Source: Phaeosaccion multiseriatum (Eukaryota; Protista; Ochrophyta, other classes). From it: 64,000 nt of DNA. Below, piece by piece: positions 10,984 to 24,999 of the stretch. Position 1 is the stretch's first letter, and each line of letters begins with the position of its first letter. The translations under genes were made by a program, and so were the position numbers. Under the pieces are notes generated by a model. The model was not told the origin of the DNA. It saw only the letters and a list, made by a program, of their open reading frames with translations, and did not search any database. The DNA is taken from NCBI GenBank assembly GCA_965112735.1, contig OZ218952.1, forward strand, positions 5,270,001 through 5,334,000, written 5' to 3'.

Positions 10984-13900
10984 ATGCCCGTTTTTGTCGC
11001 AAAAGGCTGGGGCAGAAGCGACCAAGGACGGGGGGGTCGGCTGGGGACGGTTTACACGCGGCTTGCGCAGCTGCTGCTGGATGAGGGCTGGGTTCGGAAA
11101 GCCTCCGCCACCGGGAAGTTCCACCTCTTCTTAGGCGGTGCCCAGGTGAGGTAGCTGTATAGCAATGCTATGGCTAGGAGGATGCATCTTCCCTGACTTG
11201 GGCTCGCTTGCTTTCTTCTCTTGTTCAGGCAGCCGGAATTCCCTTCACCCGACTGGCCGCTGCCGGCTCCGCCTATGGGGTTACGCCCGTCGCCAACTAC
11301 TACAGGGGCTTCCGCTGCATTTGCCGCAAGTCTCTCATGGTCAAGACCCTCCGCCAACACCACCACGCCTCCCTCCCCCCGCCGCCCCCCGAGGGCGGCG
11401 GGCACGACAAGGAGGGAGACCGGCCTGTTGAGGCTGTCGGAGCCTTGGGACGTGTGGAGGATACGTCTCCGGCGGCACCTGGCGGGGGCTGCGACTTTCT
11501 GCCTCCATCCTTCCTCTTCTACCCGGCCAGGCCCGCAGACAGCGAGAGAGAGGTGAGAAGTCAAAGGCTCGTGCCGAGGTCGCTACCTTGCCGCTGCTGC
11601 TGCTGGTGCTACTGCGCCTTTGTCGTGCTGCGACCCGCCTGAACCGTTCGTGTTTGATTTATTCACTTCAGAAGAACATCTGTGTTCCGGACCAAGTACT
11701 GCTCGGCCACACACAATTGGACATGGACACTTTTGTGATCTGTACGCTCCCTCCCATGCGCCTTCCCCTCTCTCTCCCCTTCCCTTGCCGCACACACACC
11801 TACGCTCAATTACACACATACAATCACACATGCGCACACACGTACACAAACACACGCCCACTTAGGAGCTGATTGAGCACTTCAATCTCCTCCTCCAAGC
11901 GGGGAGACCCACCGTGTTCATCCTCAAGCCCTCCGATGGCGGCAAGGGGGAGGGTATCGTCTGTATGGACGACCTACAGACCATCCTCGCCTTCCTCGAG
12001 GGCCAGCAGGAGGGGAGCGTGGCATGGCAGGTGGGAGGCTGGATGGGAGGGTATGTATCACCAACGCCAACACCTCGCCATCTGCCCTCCCTCTGTGCTC
12101 ATCCCGTACCTCCTTCCCTCTGTACCCTGCTAGAAGTGGGCGTGGATGGCGCCCTGCTCTTTCATCTCAAGGGAGCCCGCGTCCCCTTCGCCTGACCACC
12201 CACACGGTCCCACCGCACCACCCTTCTCAGCTCCTTCATCCCTCCGCCACTGAACGCTACCAGCACCAGACGACGCTACAGCACCAGATTACTTCAGCGT
12301 CTCCTCCTCTTCCTCCCACCTCCTCAAGCTTACCCCTTTCCTTTACGTTACACACAGGCATAGTAGCTACGACTGGACGCCAAAACATTGGAATGAGCCC
12401 TCTTCCCTCGCCCCTCGTCCTTGGTCACTTGACTGTACAGGTCCAGGAGTACATTGCGAGGCCCATGCTTCTGCCAGGGCGGAGGAAGTTCGACATTCGC
12501 TGCTGGGTCCTGCTCACCAGCGACTATACCGTTAGACTGCATAGGTAAGTCCCCCTCCTCTCTGTGAGGTCGGCAGATACGGCATTGATTGATTGATTCC
12601 TGGCCTTGCCTCCCCTCCTCTCCCTTCCCTTCCCTCGATGCATGTTTCCGCCGCTGGCTGCCCTTTCGCATCCGACGCCATCGGAGGGAGGGCTCAGCTT
12701 GCCGCCCTCCCCTGCTCTCCCCGGCGTGCTGCAATGCTCTGCTCTTTGCTCTCTGCTCTTCTCTCTCTTCTCTCTGCCCTTCCCTCCCTTCCCCTGCCAT
12801 GCCCTGTCCCGGGGGGGCGGGCGACCCTCGTGCCCTCTGCGGGGCTCCCCCGTCGTCATCTGTTTTCGTCTGGATCACCACTTCCTCTCCTCCCCCCCCT
12901 CTCGCCTGCGCCTCCTGTGCCCCTCCTGACTCTTGAAACTCCCCACCTTCCCTCTCTGTCCCCTACGTCTGCGTGCAGGGAGGGCGTGGTTCGAACCTGC
13001 ACCGTCCCGTTCAGCCTGCACGACCTCAAAGACCCCTTTCCCCACCTTAGCAACCACTGCATCCAGGTACTGTATACAGGTCACAGTTGACAGCCACTGA
13101 ATCCAAAGTCACAGGCGGCAGTGGCCGCGGGGTGGGTGCATTTCCAATGACTGCTGCTGCTCACTCGCACACACACATACACACATGCACACACACACAC
13201 ACACACACACGTACACAAACAGGAGAAGCACCCATTGTTCGGGAGCCTCGAAGCCGCCAACGAGATGTTCTTCCCTGACTTCGAAGAGGTGCTCAAGGCC
13301 CAGGGCTTCTCTTTGCAGCAACACGTGCTGCCTCAGGTGCGTCGGTCATCCACTGCCATCCACTGCCTGTTATCCACTGTGCGCTTCTTCTGGCATTGTT
13401 GGGGTTCCTTCGTGCGGACGTCTCCCTCACCTCCTCATCCTAACCAACAACCTTTCCCCCATCTCTTCTCCTCTCCCGTCCTCTCCTCTCCTCTCCTCTC
13501 CTCTCCCGTCCTCTCCTCTCCTCTCCCCTCCTCTCCTCTCCTCTCCTCTCCTCTCCCCCCCTCTCCTCTCCTCTCCCCTCCCCTCCTCTCCTGCCTCTCC
13601 TCTCCTCTCCTCTCCTCTCATCTCCTCTCCTCTCCTCTCTCCTCTCCTCTCCCCTCCCCCCTTCCCCTTGTCCCACCCATGACTCCCATCGCAGATCAGA
13701 CACATTGTGAAGGAGTGCCTGTCCGCCGCTCGGGAGGAAATGGAGCTCCCCAAGGGGGCAGGCTACAAGACCTTCAACCTCTTTGGCTTCGACTTTATGG
13801 CAGACCAAGACTGCAAAGTGTATCTTATTGAGGCAAGTATGTATGTGGCCAGGGGGGGGAGGAGGAGGAGGAGGTGGTGGGACCATTCGTAACGATCCCC

Positions 13901-14215
13901 TCACATGACAGTACAAATACCATCGCTCCTTTGTGGTCCTCCCTGCCCCATATACCTGCATTCCACCCATACGCCTGCATGCCCCATATACCACCCACAT
14001 GACTGCAGGTCAACTCCTCCCCGGCAGTGGCGGCGGCGCTTCTTGAGGGAATGGTGCGCGATTTGCTTCAAGTGCTCAAGAGCGTAGAGATGGGTGACGG
14101 GGAGGGGGAGGAAGGGGAGGAAGGGGGGGGGGTGGGAGATGGAGAGGGAGGAGAGGGGGGGGAGGGGGGAGGGGCGCGCCGTGACGGATTCGAAGTCCTT
14201 CCCTGGGATGGATGA
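10984..14215 (+). CDS. TTL: Tubulin--tyrosine ligase
   Basis: Exons ~10984-11145, 11229-11552, 11866-12030, 12441-12544, 12979-13066, 13223-13336, 13695-13832 (GC donor), 14009-14215. Motifs ANYYRGFRCICRKSLMVK, KPSDGGKGEGI, VQEYIARPMLL..RKFDIRCWVL, HLSNHCIQ, FGFDFM..YLIEVNSSP match the TTL family. Confidence 0.9.
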
Positions 14216-14631
14216 ACGTTGCCATCCTGACAATCTCCGCCCGCACGAAGCGTAGGGAAGGCCGTTCGTAGCGTCCTTGTGCAAGTTCCTTCCTTCCTTC
14301 CTTCCTTTCTGTACTCGTTTCTTAGTCCAGCTCTCACTAAATAAACCATCCAATAGATCCTCTCGTTCCTCTAAACATTGTATTATAAAACTAATGAATT
14401 TAATTGTAATCCCCGAGTCCAGTAGCACACACAGTGGGGTAGGTACGCGGGTCGGTAAGAGCGGAGTGAGTCTCTCTCTCTCGCGTCTCCCCTCCCTCCC
14501 CTCTACCCTCTGTCGCCCCTTCACTCTCACCTCTAACCCCCCTTTACCTTTCAAGTATCGTATGTAAGCGAGTGGGACGTCGTTGTAAACCCATAAAACT
14601 GCCGTAACCGCCGTATCCCCCAACCCCCCTC

Positions 14632-17600
14632 TCACTTTTTCCGCCTGAGAATGTCCTCCGCGTATCTCTGCGTGGGCGGTCCCTGGTCTGCCCACTCGTA
14701 GCCTTTCTCCTTCTCCCATGCCTCCTGGAAGATCTTGACGATCTCACTCTTGGCGTCTTCGGTGCTTGCCACGGGTTGGCGGAAACCGATTCGGAACTCG
14801 TCCGTCCGCGCTCCGTGGCTCACCTGCGGGTAGGGAGTATAGGGTATAAGGTATGGGGTATCGGGTATGGGGTATGGGGTATAGGGTATTGGGTATGGGG
14901 TATTGGGTATGGGGTATGGGGTATGGGGCATTGGGTATAGGGTAGGGAGTATGGGGTATGGGGTATAGGGTATGGGCGGGGTATGGGGTATGGGGGAAAG
15001 GGTGTGGGGTATGAGAGGGAGAGAGAGAGAGAGACAGAGAGGAGAGGAGGGAGAAAGCGAGGGTGGGCAGCACAAGCGTAAGCTGCTTGTCGCCTGTGAC
15101 CCTGAGGCTGTGAGGCTGTGAGGCTGTGAGGCAGTGAGGCAGTGAGGCTGTGAGGCAGTGAGGCAGTGAGGCAGTGAGGCAGTGAGGCAGTGAGGCAGTG
15201 AGGCTGTGAGGCTGTGAGGCAGTGAGGCAGTGAGGATGTGAGGCTGGGGCCACAACCCCGACTCCGCCCTCCTGCCTTGCGCCCAGCTCCAGCCTGTAGC
15301 CCGCCTCCTCGTCTCCCTCCCCATCCACTGCCATCCGTCTCCCTCCCTGCCTGCCTATCTACCGGCCTGCCTGTCTCACCCGAATGTCTAGGCCGAGCCG
15401 ATCCAACATGGTGACAGTTGCCTGTACGAGGGAGGAGGGAGGAAGAGGGGGGGAGAGGGGGGTGACTGCGTTGAGGAGGGAGGAAGGGGGGAGGAGAGGA
15501 GAGAGGAGCACAGACTCCATCTGACTCCATATGCAGGGAAGAAGAGAACGAAAGAAAGGAAGAACGACGACAGTGCGCGCCGCTTGCCGACACAACCCGT
15601 GTGCCCCCATCACACCCCCCCCCCCTCACCCCCTTCCCTTCCTCCACCACACCCTCACACAGCTCTCCTCGTCGGCCCCTCCCCTCCCCCACCCGGGCTT
15701 GCCGGTCGCCTCTTGTCGCTCACCCATCTAGCTCTCTCTCTCTCCGACCTCCTCCTCCCATATATCTATCTCTGACCTCCACCCATCCATCTCTCTCTCT
15801 CTGACCTTCTCCACATTCTCAATGCCGAGAAAGCGCCTGCAGACGTTGTAAATGTCCTCCTTCTTGGAACGATTGATCTTCGTCACAATGTCCGGCGCCT
15901 CGTCAGCGAGGATGTCCGGCTTGGCGGCCTCGTAGGCTGCAGAGTTGGTGATACAGCAGTTGGTGGTACAACACAGGGCGTAAGGGTCATGGGTCACGCG
16001 GCCGTCACAGTGGAGGATTGCATGGGACAAGGGCGCTGTGCCTCACAAACGGTAGGCGGGCAGAAGTCCCTCTGTCGTCCAAAGGTCTCTCTCCCTCCCC
16101 TTCCATATGCCTTCAAGAAGAAGGCTTGCCCCATTGCCACTCCAACGCTTCTCTCAATCCCCTTTCCTTCCCATTGTGGTTCATATGAGACTCTCCCTCC
16201 CTCCCATTTTCTTTCCTCTGTCGCTCCCTGATTCCCTCTCCCTCCCCTTCCTCTCTCTATCAGGGGCTCTCTCCCCGTTTTCTCTCCTTCGGATCCTTCG
16301 GAGGCGCCTGACTTACCCGGTATGTCAATGAACTTGCTCATCACGCCGAAGCCTCCCACGTAGTACACCTGTACGAGAAACACAAGGGATGGCAGTGGAC
16401 GAGGAGGGGATGGCAGTGGATGGACATGCGTCAGTCGACTCCCGCTCCACTCTGGCGCCTCTATAGAGGAGCCCCCCTCTCTTCTCTTGTCTCTCTCTCT
16501 CTCTCTCTCGGTCTCTCCGTCTGTAATTAGGCGCTGGGCTCCACCCCCATCCCCCCCTACTCCCCTGACGCCACCTCACATTCCACCACCACTACCACCA
16601 CCACCTCCCCCTCCTCCTCCTCCTCCTCCTCCTCCTCCTCCTCCTCCTCCTCCTCCTCCTCACTGACCTTGTCGGGCCTCAACTTGAAGAATTTGAAGCT
16701 CGGAGATTGAGTCAGCGCGTCAGCGTACTTGTGTGTCAGCGGGAAGTTGGCTGAGCAGGGAACAAGATGGGATGGCAGTCCATGGGGAGAGCGACAGGAC
16801 GCGATGGCAGTTGACGGAGGAAAGGGCACAATACGACGACGACGCGAGAGGCAGAGAGGGTGTGAGGGAGGGGGCAGGGGCGGGTTGAGGCCGTTACTCA
16901 CGGTGTGGGGGACGAGGAGGAGGAGAAGGAGGAGGAGGAGGAGGAGGAGGAAGAGAGGGGGGAGGAGGAGGAGAAGGAGGGGAGGAGGACGAGAGCGAGG
17001 AGAAGAGGAGAAGGAGGAGGAGAAGAAGAAGGAGGAGGAGAAAGAGGAGGAGAAGGAGGAGAAAGAGGAGGAGAAGGAGGAGGAGAAGGAGGAGGAGGTG
17101 GTGGAGGAGGAGGAGGAGGAGGAGGAGGAGGAGGAGGAGAGACAATCTGCATACAGGGGCACCCACAGTGGCGGGGTTCAAAGAGGCACCAGCAGCCAAG
17201 GAGCTAGAGCCGCGTCTATCAATCCACTATTGAACCTGAGAGCAGGCGATCCCCGCGCTGCCCTTCGCCCTGCTTAGGCTTGGCCCGGCCTCCCCTGCCC
17301 CAAGCGATGCCCCCCCCCCCTTCCCCTTGGTCTGCTCACCCTTGAACTGGATGAGCTCGTCGTCATCGGTCACGTCCACAACGTTGCCCACAAGCGTCAC
17401 TCGAGGCAGTGCCGCAGCAGGGGCAGAGCCGGAGCCGGGCAGCATCTGTACCAGCAGAGACACCTGAGGAGGAAGGAAGGAAGGAAGGGAGGGAGGAAGG
17501 AAGGAAGGAGGAAGAAAGGAAGGAAGGAGGAAGAAAGGAAGGAAGAGGTGTGTGCGAGGGTATCGGCCAGAGAAGGGGACGGGAAGGGAGGGGATAGGAG

Positions 17601-18234
17601 GGAGGGGGAGGGGAGACGGGTGACGAGAGAAGGGGGGGGAGGATAGGGAAGGAGGTAAGGACGTGCGAGGATAGCGAAGGAGGGCGCAGAGGAAGGCGAA
17701 AGAAGCAGACGCACGCGGTGTTAGTTACGCAAGCAGGAGGAAACAGAAACAAAGCGCAAGAGAGACCGACCGACCAAAGGCACAGCCCTCACCCATGCGT
17801 CACCAACAGCCTGCCAACAGGCCGTCAACCAACCAACCGGCAGCCAAGCTGGCAAAAGCATCATCCCCAACATACCGACCCATCAACCTACCCTAAAGGC
17901 CACCCACCCTACCTGGTTGTTGGCATTAATATTCTGTGTGTGCATGGACGCCTCTGCCAGCAGAAAGACGGGCCAGCCGTTGTCGTCCAGCACAAAGTCT
18001 ACGTGGGAGCCAAAGGGGGCGCCGTGCAGGGCGGTGTCGTTGCTCACCGCGAAGGTACTGAGAGTGCCGTAGGTGGCCACGTGTGTCACTGTCCGGGCCC
18101 TCTCCACTGAGGACAAGATGAGGGTTCTGGGTCGCTCCTCCTCCGGGGACACGTCATCTCCCGCTGAGGAGGACTCGGCGGCCGCAGGGGAGGTGGATGC
18201 GAGAGCTGATGAGACGCCGGCACTTCTGCTTGTG

Positions 18235-18274
<40 letters not shown>

Positions 18275-18542
18275 CGCTACCGCTGCTAGGACTGCCACTA
18301 CATCTCCACTTTAGGCCGCTGCTGCTGCTGCCGCTTCTAGATGAGTGTGCTCCACTCGCTAGCTCAACCTGCCCCCCTCCTCTTGCTGCTCCTCCCACTA
18401 GCCTGGGCGCTCCAGTCGCTGGGACGAAGGCCCCCGAGTAGCCAACGAGGCACTGTAGGTATGTAGTCACTGCTAGTAGTGTAAGGCAGAATGCTGGAGA
18501 CGAGAAGGCACAACCTCCCCGAGCTCCAGCAAGAGGAGCCAT
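14632..18542 (-). CDS. Plastid-targeted HugZ/HOZ-like (PNPOx split-barrel + GluTR-binding-type C-terminal domain) protein
   Basis: Exons ~18542-17913, 17463-17340, 16753-16668, 16368-16317, 15936-15806, 15421-15380, 14823-14632. Signal peptide ending YSGA-FVP (ASAFAP-like) followed by a Ser-rich transit peptide. Motifs ERARTV..YGTLST..PFGSHVDFVLD..PVFLL..HTQNI, PRVTLVG, VYYVGGFG, LDRLGLDIRV. Confidence 0.8.
14830..15245. repeat. Adjacent intronic satellites (GGGTATG/A)n and (TGAGGCAG)n
   Basis: 7-mer array ~14830-15010 and 8-mer array ~15103-15245. Confidence 0.9.
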
Positions 18543-19277
18543 CTCTGCTCAAGAGTCTATCTTGGCCCAGGCCTTGGCCTGGCTGTAGCTGCGGCTCCTC
18601 CTCCTGCCTGAGGTTAGAGGTTGAGAAACGAAAGACAGGCCAGAAAGATTCATGCAATCGATAGAGAATCAGCGAAGCAGAGAGGGGGGCGAGGATTGGG
18701 GTACGAAAGAGGCAGCGCTCCCTCAGAGCGTGGGCAAGAGGCATGCACGATCCGCTTGTCAATTTAAGGTTGGGAGCTTTCTGGCATACTGGCCACCCCT
18801 CCCAGGCAGCAACTCATACGAGCGACTGCTAGCGTATCTTTCTGGAGGTAGCATCACTTTCGAATGGTGCAGTCTTTCCAGTACAGCAGCAAGGCGGGGG
18901 AAAGGAGGAGGAGAGGCAAAGCAGGCTTTGTCACATCAAGTTTGCTCATTTTATGACCTCTCTCACCTCCTTGATGCAGCTCGCTCCGGTCTTTCGTGCC
19001 ACACCCCCTCCCTCTACTAATGCACGGGCTATTCTAAGCCTTGTGCAAGCTGGGCGGCCGCCTGTCTCTCTTTCCACCCCTGTCGCTGTCAGGTGATTTG
19101 GGCCATCAAGCCCCCTCGGAAATCGAATTTATCGACACCGATTTTTTGTTTGGATCCTCAATGAATGTGAATCTCGATCGCTCACTCACCACCCAATCCA
19201 CCCCTCCACAATACCATCACACATTCTCTTCCTTCTCTTACCGCGCCTCTCTCTTTCTGCCTTGCTCAGCCGGTACT

Positions 19278-20931
19278 ATGCAAAGGACCTTCAGCACTGA
19301 GGTGGGAAGTATCCCTCCTTTTTTTTTTTAATCTGAATGACGCACTCGCTCTCTCACTTTCTTTGTCCCCTCCTACTCTGGCGCTGTTACTTTGCTCCTT
19401 CTGGCAGGGCACCCGTCTTCAGGAAACCATCAAAAGTGGCCAGAGCGTCAAAAAGGTGAAAGCGGCGGTGAGAGCCCTCGTCGCTAAAAACGGAGGGAGG
19501 AAGGCATGCTTGGATGAGCCCCTCGATGAGAGAGGGGGGTTTGCCCTGCTCGCAGCTATATTTGAAGGGAGGGGTGACATCTTGGCTCTTCTGCTGCAAG
19601 AGGGGGCGTCACCGAATGCTGTAATTCGTGTGTGCGGGTTGACTGTGTTCATGAGTGCATGTACGCGAAATAATGCTGCTGCTATTGTACCACAGCTTCT
19701 CTCTGCTGGTGCGGACGTCAATGCAGTAACGAGCGACGGATTGACGGCTCTCATGATGACCTCCCAGCAAGGGAACGTTGTGGTGGTGCACAAGCTGCTC
19801 TCTGCGGGTGCCCGGGTGGACTTGACTGACAGTGATGGAGCCACGGAGTTGTTCTACGCCTCTGAGAGGGGCCATCATGCAGTGGTGCAGCAGCTGATCT
19901 CGGCGGGTGCAGAGGTGGACTGGGCAAATATGAAGGGGTGTACAGCCCTTCAGATAGCCTCACTTAATGGACATGAAAGAGTGGTCTCGCAGCTCCTATC
20001 AGCCGGCGCGGAGGTCGACAAGGCAGATTCGGAAGGCGCTACGGCCTTGGTATTGGCCTCCCAGCGAGGACATCTTGCGGCGATGCAGCAGCTGCTGTCG
20101 GCCGGCGTCGATCCCAACCACTTGGATGAGAGAAATTCCCGCACCGCCCTGTTCATTGCCGCAGGACAAGGACACCACAGGGTCACACAGCTGCTGCTTA
20201 CCTCCGGGGCACATGCAAATTTGGGAGGCCACAGCGGATGGTATCCGCTCTATGCTGCAAGCGGACATGGTCATGGCCTTGTGGTGGAGCAGCTCATCAG
20301 AGCCGGCGCGGAAGTCGAGAGGCGTAATGGTGAGGAGGGGAAAAGTGCATTGATGGGAGCGTCTATACAGGGGCACAGAAGCATTGTGCGGAAGCTGCTC
20401 AGGGCTGGTGCAGAGGTGAATGCGATCAGTGGCGACGGTGTTGGAGCGATACACGTGGCAGCTGCAAAGGGCCATGCTCGCGTCGTGGAGGAGCTCATCT
20501 CAGGAGGTGCTGAAGTCGAGACGCTGACTGAAGAGGGACACACAGCTTTGCTCAAAGCTGCTATACAGGGCCATGGCGCAGTGGTGCGTGTGCTGCTGTC
20601 TGCTGGGGCTGATCCTGACAATGAGGGCACTATCCATGATGGAACGCCCTTGTTTCATGCGGCACAACAAGGCCACAGCGGGGCGGCGCTGGAGCTGCTC
20701 TCAGGAGGAGCCTCACTGGCAAAGGCTTTGACAACAGCACGAGAGGATAGCGATGAAGCCCGTATTGTAGGATTCCTGCTGGTGGCGGACAGACATATCT
20801 TTGCGTCACAAAGCGCGTTGGACTTGATGCGGGGTACTGACCCTCTCTTTGGCAAGGAAGGGAGGCTGAAGGTGTCGCAGAGAGAGGTCAGCCCAGAGGT
20901 GCTGCAGGAGGTGGCGGAGGAGATGGCATGA
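19278..20931 (+). CDS. Ankyrin-repeat protein (~12 repeats)
   Basis: Mini exon 19278-19301 (MQRTFSTE) plus long exon 19408-20931, with repeated G.TAL..A...GH..VV..LLSAGA.VD units. Confidence 0.9.
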
Positions 20932-22165
20932 TGAAGGGGGCACCTCTCGCCTGCGGTGGGAAGGACGACGGGTGTTGCCCTAAGGGTGAGGACGAAAAGG
21001 GAAAGGGCTCTTGTCATGAGAATTGTGAGTTTCAGTGAGAGGGCGTTGAGGGAGAGGGCATGCCCATGCGGAATGGTGCATCAGCGCGAAGGGGGGAGTG
21101 GGGGGCCCTAAAACCTCTTTTATTCTGTAAAAAATACATACTGTAAGTTGGAGAGTAATACTAGTACCCTCAAAAATAGCGCTACCTCTGCTACGCCTGC
21201 TACTCCTGCTGCTGCTGCTGCTTCAGAGGTCAGAAGACCAGCCTTTCCTACCAACCACTCACACTCTCACTCCTCCCTCCCTCCCGCGCCGATTTGAGCT
21301 GTGCCGTCGCTCCAGCCGGTACCATAGTGCCCTTCGTTCTGTCGCTTCCTGGGCGGAGCTCGTGGCCCATATACCTTCACAAGCCACCTGCACGCGCGCC
21401 TTGGGTCGGCCAGCCCCTCTCCATCAACTTTATTGACTTAATAGAGAGGGGTGATGCCCGTGCTGCGAATCCCCGCACCCCTGTGGACAGGGTCTGTGTG
21501 GCGAGTTTGTGAATTCGTTGGCCAGCAGGAGGAGTAGGCCGTGTCGGTATGTGTATCGGTGTGTGTGCCGGTGTGTCGAAGTTGGTGGTACGATCGGCCG
21601 AGGTCCAGCACAGGTGTCAAATACATCACAGTCGGCTTGTTCTCCACCTGGCGCGTCAGGTGCCTCAAATGCCTCAAATGCCTCAAATGCAGTGTTTGCT
21701 GCCCTCCTCCCCCAGCAGCGGCAGCAGCAACAGCACCCACTGCAAGGGCCCGGATTGTGCTCACGTGATGGTCACCTGCGGCCGCGTGCGGCGCTTCCCT
21801 CCAAACGATGGCGATAGCTTCAAGGTGGCGGACGAGGGGCTCAATGCCTTCCCATGCTGTAGTGAATGGGGCTCAATCGCTTTGGTTGGGCGTCCATCCC
21901 TTCTGTCGCGTGTCGAGTCGAGTCAGCACTGCGGTAGTAGTAGTAGCAGCAGCCAGGCCAGCAAGGGCGGACGGCCCTTCATCAAGGCCCTTGGGCCGCA
22001 CACACTGTGACAGAAGGGGGTGGGGTTGCTTGGACCAGCCATACACTTGATGAACAGTTTTCCTCCAACATTTGACGACGACTCTGGAGGGGGCACTCGC
22101 GGGGTACCCATCTACCCAGTTCGGAGCGAGCGCAACGGCTGCGAGAAAGAGGGAAGCAAGGTGGC

Positions 22166-24927
22166 TCAAGACACGCCCCCCTCCGCGTGTACATGTACTG
22201 CTGTACCACCAACTGCTCTGTCTCCTCCTGGTGTCTCCTCCTGCCGGCGCCCCTGCCGCTCGTTGCTCTCTCGTCGGTGGTCTCTGCAGCTGGCGTCCCA
22301 TACGTTCCTCAACCCCTTGGTGTTCACATTGAGTCCGTCGACCTCGACGCCGTACTGCTCCACTCCACCCGTCGACTCGCAGAACGAAGCGAACTGCCCC
22401 ACACCTGATATCACCATACAAACGTCCCCACCCTCGCTGCGCCCTCCCCCCTCCTCCTCGTATGCCCGTATGCCTGTACGCTTTTCCTCATCCGTCTTCG
22501 CTTGCCCGTCGTCGACATCGCTGACCTTCCTTCCCCCCCCCGGGGCCTTCCTCCTACCCCCCTGGGCCCCGCTCGCAACCCCCCCCGGGCCTGCCCACTT
22601 GCGCTTCGCCGCCGCCCGAAGCCTCAGAAGGTTTCCGAGCGACGTCATGAGGTAGGTGCACCACGGATTGCGCTGAGGGCCCACGAAACGGCCGCCGACC
22701 TAGAGCACGTTGGTGATACAGCAGAGCATCACGAGAGCAGAGCAGTTGGTGGTACAGCAGAGCATTGCGAGTAGAGCAGTTGGCGATGCAGCAGCACTGC
22801 GATGAGCAAGACAGAGCCCAAGTCGCGTGCATGCAGTAAGGGGGTGCCTGGCAGAGGGGTGGAGGGCGTAGTGCTTCTGACTCGTCCGCCACTGACGACT
22901 CTACATCTCTTTCTCTCCCACCTTTGATCTCTCTATCCTCTTTCTCATTCTCCCGCCCTGTGCCTCTCTCTCACTCTCGCGCACTTGCTCTTACTTCCCA
23001 CCCTTTTCCCTCTCTAGCCTGTTCTACCTCTCTCTGCCGCTCCCTCCCTTTCCCTTTCTCTGCCCTCTCTATCCCTCCCTCTCTCTTCTCATCCCTGTCT
23101 CTCTCTCTCCCTCTCTCTTCCTTCTTCTTCTCTTCCATCCCTTTCTCTCTCCCTGTCTCTCCCCTCCCATCTCTCCCTCTCTCTGTCTCTCTCTCTCGTC
23201 CTTTCTCTCACTCACCTGAGCGCATATGCCCTCCACCGAGACCTCAACGTCGTCAGGGTCTGTCAGGCGCTGACCGTCGGACAAGAGAAGCGTCACCCCG
23301 GGGGACGCCAGCCCATGTCCAAGCCCCCCCTCGGGGCCGCCGGGCACTGAGACCAATCCGCGCTGAGCAGCAGCCGTTGGCGATGCACCACCAGCGGCAG
23401 CAGCAGCAGCTGTAGCAGGAGATGATAAAGGAGTAGTGGACGCCCTTACAGTCGATGAGGACGATGATGATGACGATGATGATGATGATTGTATTTCTTC
23501 TTCTTCTTCTTCTTCTTCTTCTTCTTCTTCTCCTCCTCCTCCTCCTCCTCCTCCTCCTCCTCCTCTTCCTTCTCCTTCTTGATCTTCCTCTTGCTCTTCT
23601 CCCGATTGCCCCCGAAACGCCCTGTGTAGCAGGGTGCGACAGCGCTCTATCTGCCCGAGGTTGCTGTTCTGCCTCACATGAGTAGAGACAAAGCCCAGAG
23701 GGGGCAGCAGGGCCGGGCGGGTCATGATGTACACGCTCGGCATGTAGTACAGCAGGTAGTCAGACACGAAGTTAGTGGCGGCACGGAGGTCGAAGACGCC
23801 TCGTAGACTGAGGGAGGGCGATGACGATGACGACGACGATGAGGAGGAGGAGGAGGAGGAGGAGGAGGAGGCTGCCCCAAGCCCACCGCAGTTGCTGCTG
23901 TCTGTGGACAGAGCCAATGGCCAGTACCTGTAGCGGGTGGGTGTCAGGACACAAGGGTGGGGAATGGTGGGGGCGTGGGACATGGCAGTGGACGGGGGGC
24001 AGGGGGCGGTCAAAGAGGCGTCGAACAGGGTTATGGTTCATCTCTTCGCGCTACATGACGGTGACGATCCACACCTCCATTGCCATCCATTGCCATCCAT
24101 GACCCCATCGCATTGGCCTGACGTGAGCTCTCCCTTTACACTTCTTCCTCTCTCCCATCTCACTCTCTCTCTCATTCTCTCTCCCCCTCTATACGCTCAA
24201 TACAGCCCTTCAGTCCTCCCTTACCTCAGCAGCAACTCCTCCATCCCCCTACGGCTCACGGCGTAGCTAAAGGCCCCCCAGAACATCCAATCCGAACCCA
24301 GCGGATCTCTCCAGGCCGCCAACGCGCCCTCTTCGTAGAACAGACGCCGCAGCTGCTCCACCTTTGCCTCATTCACAACGGTCGTTGCCAGCTGAAGCAC
24401 GGACCAGTCCGAGGGGAGCGCCGCAAGAGCCCTCCTCACGTCGGCACTGCCCAACACGTCTGCGGGGGGAGGCAAGGGGAGGGGGTCGTGGAGTCAAGAG
24501 GCCGAAGGGAAGCGGGGTCTGCTCGTGTGGAAAAAGGGTGGGCTCCCAATAGTGAGATTGTAGAGCTTCGCCCCTACCCTGTTCCCTGTCTCTTTTCATA
24601 CACACACACACACACACACACACACTCTTTCTCTCTCACACACACACAAAGCACTCTCTTTCACACACACAGCACTCTCTCACTCTCCCTCTCTCTCTCA
24701 GCACTCGGTCCCCTCAACCCCGCACCTGCAGGGGCGAAGCTGACGTCATCCTCGAGCACCATTGCCACCTCATCCCCGTTGTGGTACGCCATGCACAGGG
24801 CACGGAGGTGGGACAGCGTGAGGGCGGCCTAAGCCAGCCAAGCAGAGCACAGACGGAGAGAGAAGCCACGGAGGAGCGTCAGAGATGGCAGATGACTAGG
24901 GCAAGTACACGCAAACGCTTCACACAC

Positions 24928-24999
<72 letters not shown>

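Noticed and set aside
14830-15010. (GGGTATG)n as interstitial telomeric repeat
   Set aside because: Does not match TTAGGG/TTTAGGG types and behaves like the other intronic satellites.
21438-22140. Possible extra minus-strand exons downstream of GT25 (acceptor-like sites at ~22140 and ~21857)
   Set aside because: Could not build a phase-consistent model or recognise a domain; unresolved without RNA data.
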